Positions 1 through 11,437 of a stretch of 64,000 nt of DNA are shown one piece after another. The translations under genes and the position numbers were made by a program. This stretch comes from Amoebophrya sp. A120 (lineage: Eukaryota; Protista; Dinoflagellata). The stretch spans positions 915,643 through 979,642 of the forward strand of contig CAJINV010000001.1 in the NCBI GenBank assembly GCA_905178155.1, written 5' to 3'. The notes under the pieces are model-generated. The model saw nothing but the letters and a program-made list of their open reading frames with translations, was not told the origin of the DNA and searched no databases. The number at the start of each line of letters is the position of its first letter. Within the stretch, counting starts at the first letter, position 1.

Positions 1-565
1 CAGCCAGCCCGACGTCGGAGTGTGCAACCCTCTTGCTTGATCATGTAAATTGATATAACTGCTACGCACGTTATATAAATTCACATTCCTGGCGCAATTC
101 ACCCAACGAGCGAAAGCGCGCGGAAACGATGATAATCGAAGGCAGTGCTGACGCGCGCTGCAGTCCTCGTCGCGGGACGCCCTGCGACGGTCACACTGGC
201 GAGCAAGAAGAGAACCCGGCCGGCACAGCGAGCTACAAGTAGCAAGCCGCGCGAGCCAAGCTCTCAAACCCCACAGAGCCACGCCCCGGACGTGAAGGTG
301 GGCCAAGCCGTGGAACACGACATGGCCCACCGAACATCTGGGGAGGCTTGCGGGGGGTGCCGCAGGGTATCTCGCAATGAAGCTGCAGCAGCTGGGTGGG
401 AGGGCGGGGAAAAAACGCCGAGTCCAGGCAAGCCCGGACGAAGCGGAGATTCTAGATAGAGGACAGAGAACCAGCGGAAGCTGGTCGACATCGGGCAGCC
501 AGCCCGACGTCGGAGTGTGCAACCCTCTTGCTTGATCATGTAAATTGATATAACTGCTACGCACG
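1..565. repeat. Direct repeat: 1-70 recurs at 496-565 (495-bp spacing; probably a tandem unit running off the window)
   Basis: cagccagcccgacgtcggagtgtgcaaccctcttgcttgatcatgtaaattgatataactgctacgcacg is identical at both positions. Confidence 0.85.
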
Positions 566-586
566 ACATATATATTATATAAGGCA

Positions 587-1156
587 AACTTTGGGGCCGG
601 AGAGGGTAGGGTAGAGGTTGGGGAGAGGTTCGGGAGAGGTAAAATAGAGGGTCGGAGAGGTAAAGTAGAGGGTCGGAGAAAATGAGAGGGTCGGGGAGAG
701 GTAAAACGAGAGGGAAAATAGAGGTAAGGGAGAGGGTGCGTAGTATGTACGCCCTTAAAGCGCGCCTATACGCGCGCAGAGGTAGGGTAGAGGTTGGAGA
801 GAGGTCAAATAGAGGATAGGGGAAGAGGGTGCAGAGGGTCGGAGAGGGTGCGCAGTATAGGGAGACCCTCTAGGCGACCCTCTACCGCGACCCTCTCCCG
901 GGGCCTCTATTTTACCTCTCGGCCGACCCTCTCGGGACCTCCCCGACCCTCTCCCGGACCCTCTCCCGGACCCTCTCCGGGAACCTCTCCGACCCTCTCC
1001 CGGAACCTCTCAGAAGCTCTCTCCCCGACCCTCTCCCGGACCCTCTCCCGGACCCTCTCCCGGAACCTCTACCGGAACCGCCCTTGCAGTGCAGTTCGCC
1101 CGCCTGCGCGCACTACCTGTATCTTAAAGTAAGAATGCAACTAGGGCCCAAAAGTT
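587..1156. repeat. Foldback-like imperfect inverted repeat of AGAGGG/CCCTCT short repeats
   Basis: AGAGG(G)-rich arm ~600-860, CCCTCT-rich arm ~865-1080; outer ends aactttggggcc / gggcccaaaagtt are nearly reverse complements. Confidence 0.7.
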
Positions 1157-1769
1157 AAGGTCTGCAAGTCTTTTGACTCCAGGCCAGGGCGGCTGTTCAA
1201 AGTGCATGCGCCGCTCTGCGTCCCCCTGGGGGGGCGCGGCGCCGCGCCTTAACGTAGGCGGCCACCTAGGGTGGCCGCAACTTCACACAACGCCCGCGCG
1301 CGGGCAACAGGTGCGGCGACTTTGTAGCGCAGTGAAAGTGGTTGTGACCAAAGTAGCGAAAGTGTTTCTGTGCCCGCTGTCTCTCGGCGCATAAGTAGCT
1401 AATAACTCTCGGCATGCACAGGCAAGCCTCGCGGCGTGCTCGCCGATTTAGCTTATTGCAGCGCGCTAGTTTTTTAAGGGCGTCTTTCGTGTTCAGGGTG
1501 CACATCTACAGCAAACTCCGCCCCTAAGAAAGGCCAAAAACCTCCGTTCCCAGGCGCTGCTGTTTTCGGAAGCAAAGTAGGAGCACAGGCCGCGGCGGTT
1601 TCGCTGCGGGTGTGCGTTGCGCTTTCTGGGCCAAAGCCGTCAGAGCGGCGCGGCCCCGCCTGCCTTTTTGGCTGTGTAGCGGCGCGCTACCCTTGGCACC
1701 GCCTTCCCCGTTGGAACACCTCCCCCGAACAGCCTCCCTCCCCGGCGGCCTCCGCCGGGGGGTGGCTGG

Positions 1770-1930
1770 TAAGAATGATATGCTAGATCTGTGATGCTGC
1801 TGGTGCTGGACCAGCTAAACAGCATTACACTACGAAGCAAAACCTGTCATGCGCAACAACCATAGCTGGCTGATTTGTGTAGCAGATTTCCCATCTTGAC
1901 TCTGGGGTGGGGACGTTCTTACACAGGATA
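1770..1930. mobile_element. Introner family D, interrupted (one TIR visible)
   Basis: Ends ...ggggtggggacgttcttacacaggATA; its reverse complement aligns with the first ~150 bp of 15714-15993; similarity stops near 1775. Confidence 0.75.
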
Positions 1931-3996
1931 TCCTCCGCGGCGCCGTCACTCTCCTCGGACACCGCATATTCGTCGATGGGGTCTGGCTCGAAATCCGCAC
2001 TCCGGAACACGCACAAATAGCAGGAGTGGGGACTGACCCGCCGCACCTGTCGAAACACGCGCGGGAACGGGGATCCCCGCTTCACGACCAACCCGTTAAC
2101 CGCGAGCACGCGGTCGCCGCGCCGCAGGGGCGGGTAGTTGGTCCCCCGCAGGTCGGGGAGTAGCTGACCGCGCACCCGCGCCTCTGACGGTCCAATGTGG
2201 CTGGCGGTCTCGTTGTAGAGCCACTGCACTTCCCGGGTTTCCCCATCGATCAGCAGTCCGTGCTCCTGGGCGAAGTGCTGCAGCTCCGGTGGCAAGTGGT
2301 CCAGGTCGCGCTGCGCGGACGGGCCAAACGCAAACTTTGATCCCGTACTGGTGTTGCGAAAGCCGCGGTCCGACTGCTCGGGAAAGCAGTACAGCACCCA
2401 CCGCAAACTGCCGCGCTTCTGGACCTCCTTGCGGTGGAATCCGTACTCCTGTTCGACGTGGAGAACTTTCTTTCGCTGTTTGTCCGTCATCTTGTCGTGC
2501 TCGAGAAGTTGTAAATCCTTGGAAAATTCCTCGGCGAGGTGCTCCAGTTTCGCCCGTGCCCACTGCTGACAAAAATCCTGCAGAACGTCTTCTGGTCTAC
2601 TAGCATCGGAGGCTGTTGAATAATTATCCTTGCCACCTTGTTGTCCGTTACCATCCCCCGCATTGCTAACCACAACATGTGTTGAGGACGCCGGACGGAG
2701 CCAGAGCGGCACCCGGGCCGCCATGCCGCGCACGCGCGCCACGTCGGTGAGCAGCTCCGTGCGCCCCCGCGTCCAGGTGGCGACGGTCTGGGCGGCCGTA
2801 GAAACGAACAGCTGCTGCACCTCCTTGGCTGCCTGCTTGTCCATCTCCCGGACCAGTCCGGCGGCGGACACCTGCGCCGCGTCGTCGAGCTTTTGCAGTT
2901 CCGTCAACCCCTTAACGTGGGCGTGTTGCAGCACGGCGCGAAACGTCTCATGCAGGTCGTCCACCCGTTCCAGCACGGAAAACGCCTCGTCCTCCACGCG
3001 CCGCCACTCCGGAGAGGTCTTGCGCCTGCCTTCTCGTCCAATCGTAGTACTGACGAGCGGCGCCATCACGTGGCTCACGCCCCGCTGCAGGTGCGTGGTC
3101 CACGTGTCGCGGTCCAACGCCCCGCTGAAGTCCAGCCGCTGCGCCAATCCGCCTAACTGGTTCGCGACGCGCCGTACGTGGTGCACGACCGGATGTTGAA
3201 GATCCCCTTCATTAGCTCCATCTACCGACGGCGTACTACCGCTGCTCGCCTCATTGTACAGCCCGCCGCGCCAGTCTTCATGCACCCCCGGCCGGTCATC
3301 CGCGCCAGGCTCCTCCAAACGACCCGTAGAGGACCTCGCGACCACTTCCGCTGCGGAGAACGGCAACAGTCCCTCCTCCCGCGCGGCCGCCTCCTGCAGA
3401 CGTTTCTTAAACACGTCCTGGCCCTCCTCCGCCACCTCGTTCGCGTGCTCCCCCCGCTTTGCGGCCGCCGCCGTCCACCACGTGCTCGCGTGCGGTAGCG
3501 GTGCCCCGGGCGCGAACCGAATACAAATTTGGCACGTGGTCTTCTTTTTAGTCGTAGTTCCCGGATGAACTACAGAATCGTGTTTATTCACTTCGCCTTG
3601 GTCCTCGTCCTGCGATTCTTGTGAGCTGCCCCACTTCCAGAGGGTTATCGTTTTGAACACCGCCGTACCCACCGGCAGCGAGGCGGGTTGCTCCTGCGCC
3701 ATGACGATTCGCATGGGCAGCAACAGCTGTAACTGCTCCTCCGCGACCTTCGTCACAAAGACCACCTGCACGTAGTGCATCGCCACGTCGGCCAAGTTCA
3801 AATTCCTCGGAAACGGCAACCGCTGCCACGAATTAGGTCGAACCAAACACGCGTTCACCACATCGACGTTCGGAAACAACTTCGGGCCGAGCAGTCGCAG
3901 CTCCACGCGGCGAATCTCTTTGGGGTCCAGCCCACTCACCCGCTTCACGTACACCTCCACGGCGTCCGGCTCGCCCGCCGTGTCGGCCAGCTGCAT
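1931..3996 (-). CDS. Hypothetical protein with C-terminal PDZ-like motif (possible N-terminal C2-like region); 3' end probably outside the window
   Basis: 726-aa ORF; PPLRRGDRVLAVNGLVV is PDZ-like; the last ~35 codons of the ORF (1825-1930) are introner sequence. Confidence 0.6.
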
Positions 3997-5165
3997 TTTT
4001 GTCACACCGCTGCTGGTACTAGTCTCTCAGGAATTTCATCACCACATTGCCGCAGGAATACTCGTTCCATGATCCCGCTCCTGGCATGCTGCGAAGTGGT
4101 GCAACGCCCGGAAATTCCGCGAATAAAAACGGGGTTGTGATACGTACTCATGCTTGTAGTTGTAGTTGTACCTACTTGAACTTGTTGCTTCCGATAAACA
4201 TAAAAAATTAATGTAGCTGCCACAATCACTTTCACTACGGAACAGATGGCGGCTCAGGATGTAGATCGAACAAAAAGCTGCGCTTCCATTAACTGAGCTT
4301 GTAAAGAACGACTTCGACCAGCATGACTGCGAAAACGACCAATCATCGGATTCGAGAAACGACCACTAGCGAGCGACTTTGTTGACACGAATCGAAGAAA
4401 CCAGATACAACGATCTTGACGATGCAGTAATCATTTAGTGTGTACTTTCTTGCTAGCACGACTCGAAACACGATGAAGATGACAAAGAAGTAGTAAAGTA
4501 TCTCTACGGAGGATCAGGAGAAATGCATCTTGCGCAGCCAGGCCTGCAATTGGGCCAAGGCCTTCAATTATTGCTTTAGATTCATACTCCATTCGGTTCC
4601 AAAAAACGTGGTCTTGCTGTTGCTGCCAGCCTCTTTGACCACCGAAGTAAAACTTTCAACTTGTGCTTGTCTGTCAAAAGACTTGATACTCAACGTCCCC
4701 GTTTAAACATAGCTCTAGCTCATTCCGGTCACAAATTACCCATATTATCGTGATTTTTCTTCCTGACAACTCAACATTGTATAGCTCTGCTGCAATTAGA
4801 TCCGCACAAAGAATGAAAAGGAATTCTAAGCCTAGGACGGTATTAGTATTGCTGCCAAAGCAAGAACTTAATACTGGCATTTTGGCCATGCTACTTTAAC
4901 AAACTTGAAGACGCGATAGGCGTCGCAGGCTAATCCGTGGTACCCCTTGGCATTTAGATGAAAAACCTGCGAGAGCAAATGGCAAGTCGCAATTCATTGC
5001 ACTCCCTCGTCATCGGCCAGAACTTGAAAAAACGTTTTGCTTTTTGCATAAAAAAGATAAAGATCCACACTGACTTCTAAGCGATAAATTCTAGTCTCTA
5101 CTTTCATCAAATCTCTCAAAAATTTGAGATTCTCCACTGCCCCTTCGTGGTCCACCTGACGACCC

Positions 5166-7808
5166 TCACGGCGACAATTCCCCTTCGCGATAAACAATTT
5201 CGTCGCCCTCCAACGTGAGATCGTCCGCCTCCAGGATGTGCTTCAAATCCTGCAGGTGCCTCTGCTTGCTCTCGCCACCCCGGATCAATGCCGCGGCCAG
5301 AGACGAGTTTTTCGGCGGGACCACGGTGTGGATGTTGGTCGGCTCCGGCCGATTCGAAGGTCCTCCAGAGGAAGTAGCATTTGTTGCAGGAGCGGAAGCT
5401 GCTTCCATCCTGTCCGCGACGCGCTTCACCGAGTAGGGCCGGGGCACGGCGGGTTTGTTCTTGACAAAAAAGACCAAGTTGCGGCGATGAAAGGTGCCGG
5501 TCAAGTTGCGGGGGGGGTGATGCTGGAGAAATTCGGCCGGCTCGTAGTTCCAGTTCGTCGTCTTGTTCGCGATGTTGAGAGATGAAGCACTGGAATTGTT
5601 CGCAGCAAGAACGTGCTCCGGCTGCTCTACTTCCATCGGCTTCGTATCATCTCCAATCTTGTTTTCCTCTGCAATAGAAGAGGAATTCTGTGCAGCCATT
5701 TTTCCGGAATAAGGACGCAACTTTTTGCTCGTCCACGTCAGCACATTTCCGGCCCAGAACGTCCCCGCATCTACTTCTGCGTCGTCGTCGTTGGTCTCCC
5801 CAGCCTCGTGGTTTTGGTGTCGTGTATGTTGACCACCTTCTTCTTTACCTTGTTGCCCGGTCATCATCTGCGGTCCTGTTGCGGCTCCGCTCTGGCACTG
5901 CGTCTGCCGGTCGTTCCGGTACACAAACTTGTTGTAGGCCGTCACGTATCCATATGGAAATTTACGTCTGGAGGTGTTCTGGGAAGAGGCAAATTTGTCA
6001 TGCGGACCGTCGGAAGTCTGACGATGAAAAAAATCTGTCATGCAAAGACGATGGAAGAGAAGTTTCTACTGCTCGCTTGGTGTCAATCAATATCCGAGAG
6101 CGAACTCCTGATGCGGGCTCATAGGCATACTTGTTCGAGGAAACCAGTGAAGATCAGGTTTTCTGGTTGATGCAAAAGCCGCATGCCAACTCCCTGCAAT
6201 TTTCCAGACCCAGACTACATCTTTGCACCGTGGATATTACCTGTTCCGCGCGGCTTTTCTTGTTTGGATTGTTCACCACGCGTCTGCCCTTCATGTACCC
6301 GGGCAGCTCTTGTTTGAAGATCACTTCGTCCATGGACGCGAGTTCCGCCGGCGCCGGACGCCCGCCGCCAGCACCGCCCTTCGGCTTGGTCGGAGCAGGT
6401 GCAAAAGATCCGGATTTCGGATCCTGGTTTTCGATGTCAACGTTCTGCTGGTCGCCCGCTCCACCTGTCGCCGTCCCCGCACCAGTACCCGTCCCGCTTG
6501 ATGTAGTTCTCTCGCGTAATTCCAGCGCTTTTTTCTTCCGCTCTGCGTCACGCTTCTCTTCTTCCGCCCGCTTTTCGCGGTTTTTGCGACTCATGGCCTC
6601 GCGGTACACGTGGTCGGCGGCAAGCTCGCCGAGCGGCCGCATGCCGTAGTTCTGGTGGCTTCCTGTACTAGTCGTCTTGCTGTTCACGTTGCTCCCACTT
6701 GTTTCCGGGTAAAACATAGCTGCGGCTGGTCCACTGCTCGGTGGGTGTGACGACCCGCTGTTTGCTGGCTCAGTACAACCTCCAGACGCGTTCTCTTGTT
6801 CATCTCGTGGGTAGGCGGCGCTGACGGGGCGCGGAACACACAGAATCCGCTCGTTGGCGCCGTACGTAGCCAGGGATGGTTGGGTCATCAACGCGTTGCA
6901 CACGCTGCGGTTGAACGCGGACCCGGGACGACTCGACGGCGGCCCTGATAGGATTTTCACATGTAGTTCATCCACTGCAACTTAATTCACTACAACCTGA
7001 TTGAAGCAGTAAGTTGATGTTCTCGTTAACCCACACCATGATTGCATTAGCATTGTCCTATTGCTGCTCACTGCAGCAAGTAAACAAATCTACTTCTCGC
7101 ACCACCGCCTCCTCTATGTGTATGTAGTCCCAAAAAAACTTCACCTGCAGACGACGGTGCGCTGACAATTACTCCTCCACCGTGAGTAGACACTGCCCCG
7201 CCGGCCCGCTGATCGCTGCTACCCTGCGGCCCTGAAGATGTTGAAGCGCTCCCCGGTCTACTACTCGACGTTCCTCCCACTGCGCTACCCGGTCTGGCAA
7301 CTGCCCCACTCTGCGGCCGCGCAGCCGCTGCACTTTTGGGCCTCGCGACTGCCGCGCTCTGTGGGCGGTTCTCGGCGATGCTTGCCATCACCGCTTTTCC
7401 GGTGGACGCCGACGCGGAGGGTGGCACCACCGCGGAGGACGGACGCGCCAGCAGCAAGTGCGGCTTCCGCTGCAGCACCCGCGAATCGCTTCCGATAGTG
7501 ACCTCCGTTTGTGCGGGCACAGCTCGGTTCGCGGAGATAGGCCGTCGGGAATGCACTTTATTCTCCTCCGTAGGTGGGGTAAGATGAACCTCTTCATCTT
7601 CTCCTTGTCCTTCCTTGCGTGCAGGTGCACCTACTCCTGTTTTTATCTCCACCTGCTTGGCCGCGGGTTTCTGTCGACTTCTCCGTGCGGACACCCCTCG
7701 GGACGTCGCGGTGCTCGGCCGCTGAGCAGATACTGGACGCTTGTAGAAACCGCAGGAGTATTGTTTACCCCCACAGTAGTAGGAGACGTTGCTCGGAATC
7801 GCGGACAT
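5166..7808 (-). CDS. Hypothetical low-complexity protein with RPxSA repeats (multi-exon)
   Basis: ORFs 7068-7808, 6154-6975, 5166-6041; removing 5947-6236 plus 5 nt joins RAEQV-TAYNKFVYRNDR in frame; link to the 7068-7808 exon not verified. Confidence 0.5.
5947..6236. mobile_element. Introner family A, degenerate
   Basis: TAT...ttccagacccagac...ATA; flanks TCACG/TTACC (3/5); frame restored on removal. Confidence 0.6.
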
Positions 7809-8425
7809 CTTTACTTCTTAGTACCAACTTGGACCCGCACGTGTCGTTAGAAGTACACAAAGAAATAAAATGGACCGTTCTTCGGTTCTTTCCTACTAGC
7901 GCGCGGTGCACTTTTCTTCTGTGTTCCTCACTGTGGAAACAGAAATTGATTGCTGTGGATCACGAAAATTGGTATCGAAACAGCGAATCCAGGCTGCCTC
8001 TGCTCAACGCTGGTGGTGTGTGTGGCTCTCGCTACTCAGGTCTCTCAAGACACTCGCTTCGAACGAAGAGGAGACAAACGATTCTCGGAACTGCGATAAG
8101 TAACGATTCGAAGAGTCGACGCCTAAACACCATCTGAATCTTACACATCGCTGCGTCCAGTGGAGATGACAGCTGCGCATGGATCTTTCTTTCCTATTTT
8201 TGTGTTACTTTGATATAAATGTTGCGAAGACAAAAAAAAACGGTCTTGGAATGGTGCGCAAGGGGACCCATGCAATGAACAAAGGACGAGCAGCAAGGGC
8301 TTTATTTTCGGAGCGGCATTGATCTAATTGTACTTCTACTTTTTACATTATTGATGTCGCCCGGGTGTGGGGTAATAGTGACGGCCTTGTACTTTGGCAC
8401 CAGTCCGAGGACGTCTTCCCTCTGC

Positions 8426-10391
8426 TTAGCAGTCTGAGGGCAAGTATCTGTCATCTGTCGTTCCGGCGAAAATCTGGCCGTCGTTGCAGAGGTCCTGCAC
8501 ATAGCGCGCCACTTCTTGCATGTCGGCCCCGGCGCCCAGTTTCCCGGCGATCTCCTCTAGGGTTAGCCCGCTCGGATCTTGAATGTCCTTGGTGGCCTCC
8601 CGCAACACACGCAGGATGCCGTCGCGAAGCTGCGTGCCCGACAAGGTCCCTTGCTGCTGCTGCATTTGCTGTTGCATTTGTGCCTGCTGCTGCCGCTGCG
8701 CCATCATATCTACGACGTTCATCTGCGGGAGCCCAGATGACCCAGCAGCGCCGTGCCCGGCCGCGGCAGGGGGAAGGCCGCCAGGAGGGGCGACATAATT
8801 GCTGTTGCTTAGCATTTGGGGCTGCTGGGGGATCGTGGTCCCGGCACCGTTTCCTATGACAGCGCCGGCTCCTGCTGGTTGTAGCTGTTGACCCTGCTGC
8901 GCGAGCAGTTCCTGCCTCTTCATCTGGTACTTCTGCATGAGCCGATACTGTGACACTGTGTCGGCGAACATCTGTCCAAGGTCTGACAACTTTTCGAGCT
9001 TATGTGCCGCCAGCCAAAACATGCTGCCGTGCATCCGCACCGTTCCGACTACACGAATCATCATGGACGGCTCCAGCGAGCTGTTGTGACGAGTCGTTGG
9101 TTCTATGGCAAACAGGTTATCGTCGTTGTGCTTGAAGACGAGCGATGGTGAAGTTCATGCGGAAGAAAAAGAAACCAAATAAGTCTTCCAAAGGCGAAAA
9201 CCAAACGAGATCGAGAGTGAAAAACTATTTTGCATTTGCCAAAGTCAGCATCATAATCATAGTATTATGCTTTATATACTCGTGCAGCGCTGCCTCGTGC
9301 TCGCTGGTCCCATCGAAGTACTTGCGCACCTTAACGACCGCGCTTTGATCATCCAGGAAAATCTCCAAAGCGGTGTCCATGTCGCGCTCTTCATTGTTCA
9401 GCTTCCGTATTACACCCGTCAAAGCCAAGTATTGTACCTGGAAGTGAGTACGAGTGAGCAACAAAATGTGTACCGGAATGGGAATGGCAGGCGTGTCTAC
9501 ATAAAGTAACACCTCATGCACCCCTATTGGTCCTCCCGGTGGGGACGAGAGGCTAGACGCAGAGATGACGCGATGGCAGAAAAAAACTTTCATCAAAAGC
9601 TAAAGTCTACTACTGGTTACATCCCTTTGACCAGTTCCAGCAGCACAAAGCTCGAAAGCATTTACACCGAGACGACGTATCTATCTGAACTGCACTATGT
9701 ACTTACCTCCTCTCCGTAGAGCTTGAGTGTGGCGTCCGAGCCGTTTTTCATGTTCTCGCTGACCATCTGGTGCACCTGGTATCAAAAGGAAAAATCCCCC
9801 CTCCCCATATCGAAAACGAAATTTGTGATGCTGTATTTGAGTACACAAATCAGGTTTGTATTGCAGAGAGGCACTGCGGCCAGATCCCCAGGCTAGCTGG
9901 GGGCGTATGGTTCTAGTTGTGCAGCATGGCAAGCGGCTCCCTTTTAGGCCTCACAGCATGACAAATCCCTTCTTTAATGGGGTGGAAGCTTCTGCCCTTG
10001 TCTTCTTGCAAGACAAATGTGATTTGTGACCTCAAATCAGCAACACAAATTTCCGGAAACGTACCTGTTCGATATGGGGAGGGGGGATTTTTCTCTTTGA
10101 TACCTGGTAGCAGGAGACCGCCGTCGTTTTTCGCTTGATCTGGTCCCCGGCGTTCCCGCCAGGGTTGGCACCGCCCGTCCGCGCACCACCGCCTGCTTGC
10201 TCGCCCCCCGTTGCGTCTTGCGTGGGAGTCCCGTGCAAAAAGCCACCGCCGCCCTGGAGACCGCTGGGCTGTGCTAAACTGCCACCACCGAAAAAGTTCT
10301 GCGACTGCTGATGGTCGTTTGAACCACCGTTCCCACCACCGAATTGGGCGGCGAACGCGCCGCCGCTATTATTGCCCCCGAATCCGAACAT
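8426..10391 (-). CDS. RPA2: Replication protein A 32-kDa subunit (RPA2-like)
   Basis: Gly/Phe-rich N-terminus, OB fold (VQYLALTGVIR...LDDQSAVVKVRKY...MIRVVGTVR), C-terminal winged helix (LCNDGQIFAGTTDDRY); GT-AG introns 9081-9279 and 9438-9706 plus introner 9780-10102. Confidence 0.8.
9780..10102. mobile_element. Introner family B (323 bp)
   Basis: TSD CCTGG; TIR tatcaaa..gaaaaatccccc(c)tccccatatcgaa; removal gives CYQ-VHQMVSEN. Confidence 0.9.
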
Positions 10392-11437
10392 TTTTCTGTC
10401 GTCTCTGTCGCGTGGGGATGGTAAATCAACTTATGAAAATCGCGGCCGGTGGTGCTGGTGCCCGACAATTCCTATTCTTTCAAAGTGAAGGAATGACATA
10501 CGTAGAAAAGTTTTAGTTAAAATAAGCTCGCCAGAGGTCCTGTCGATTCAAATGAGGCCACTTGGCAGTTATATGGAAAGTTCTTAACACTGCTGCTGGT
10601 CGCAATTAGCGCAGATATATTCAGAAACACACTGCATATGTATTTCCGGCCAAAAAATCGTCAACTTGGAATCAATGAATGACGAAAATTGTGAGCTCCA
10701 AAATCCTGTCCCAAAAACCTATTATAACGAACTTGCATGCACTGCAACCCAGTGGCAAAAAATCTTTGATCGAAGAGACAAATGATCGAGATCGCTTTGT
10801 GCTTCGCTCCAATCCTAGAGTGTTCTGGGTTACGAAGTCAGTAGATCGGGCTGAAAGCGAAAAGGATCGGTCGTAATGACTGCGCGCAAAACTATAAGCC
10901 ACCTGTTGCTGGAAAAACACCCAGGCTCAAATTGCTACCTTCGAACTACCGTGACTTGGGGAGGGATTCTGCCATGCGCTCTAGCAATCCGTCGCCCGAT
11001 CCGATTACCTAGACAGCATGACGAGAAAACCAAAAGAAACGCGACCCTCCGCACTGCGGAGGCCAAGCGACATTCGCGAGCTCCTTTCGGCTTTCATTTG
11101 GGGAGAGATAAGAAACGTCTTCAGTTCAGTCTCATTGGAGAAGGCGGCTACAGCAATGAGCCGCGACGCATTATCTATCATAGCAGTTGTGCTCGCTTTT
11201 ATGCTGCTTGGGTTCGAGAAATAATATCGAAAACACATTCGCGAGGTTACAATTTTGTTTCGTTGCATTTATTGTTTCGAAACGAGACTTTTTTTGGAAT
11301 CGTAATCTACTGTAATCATACAATACGTAATTGGCAAGCTTTATCCGGGTTCATGGATGAGTATCGTTATCAGGGGTACTTATTGAGATACCACCTGGAA
11401 ACATCGGTTAAAGGCGAAAACTACAACGCGTTTATTT

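Noticed and set aside
794-1132. 112-aa ORF with PSPG/TLSR repeats
   Set aside because: By-product of the CCCTCT repeat arm.
1186-1475. Short matches (ggctgtt.aa, ttgtagcgcagtg) to the reverse strand of 56400-56865
   Set aside because: Too short and differently spaced to support homology without an alignment.
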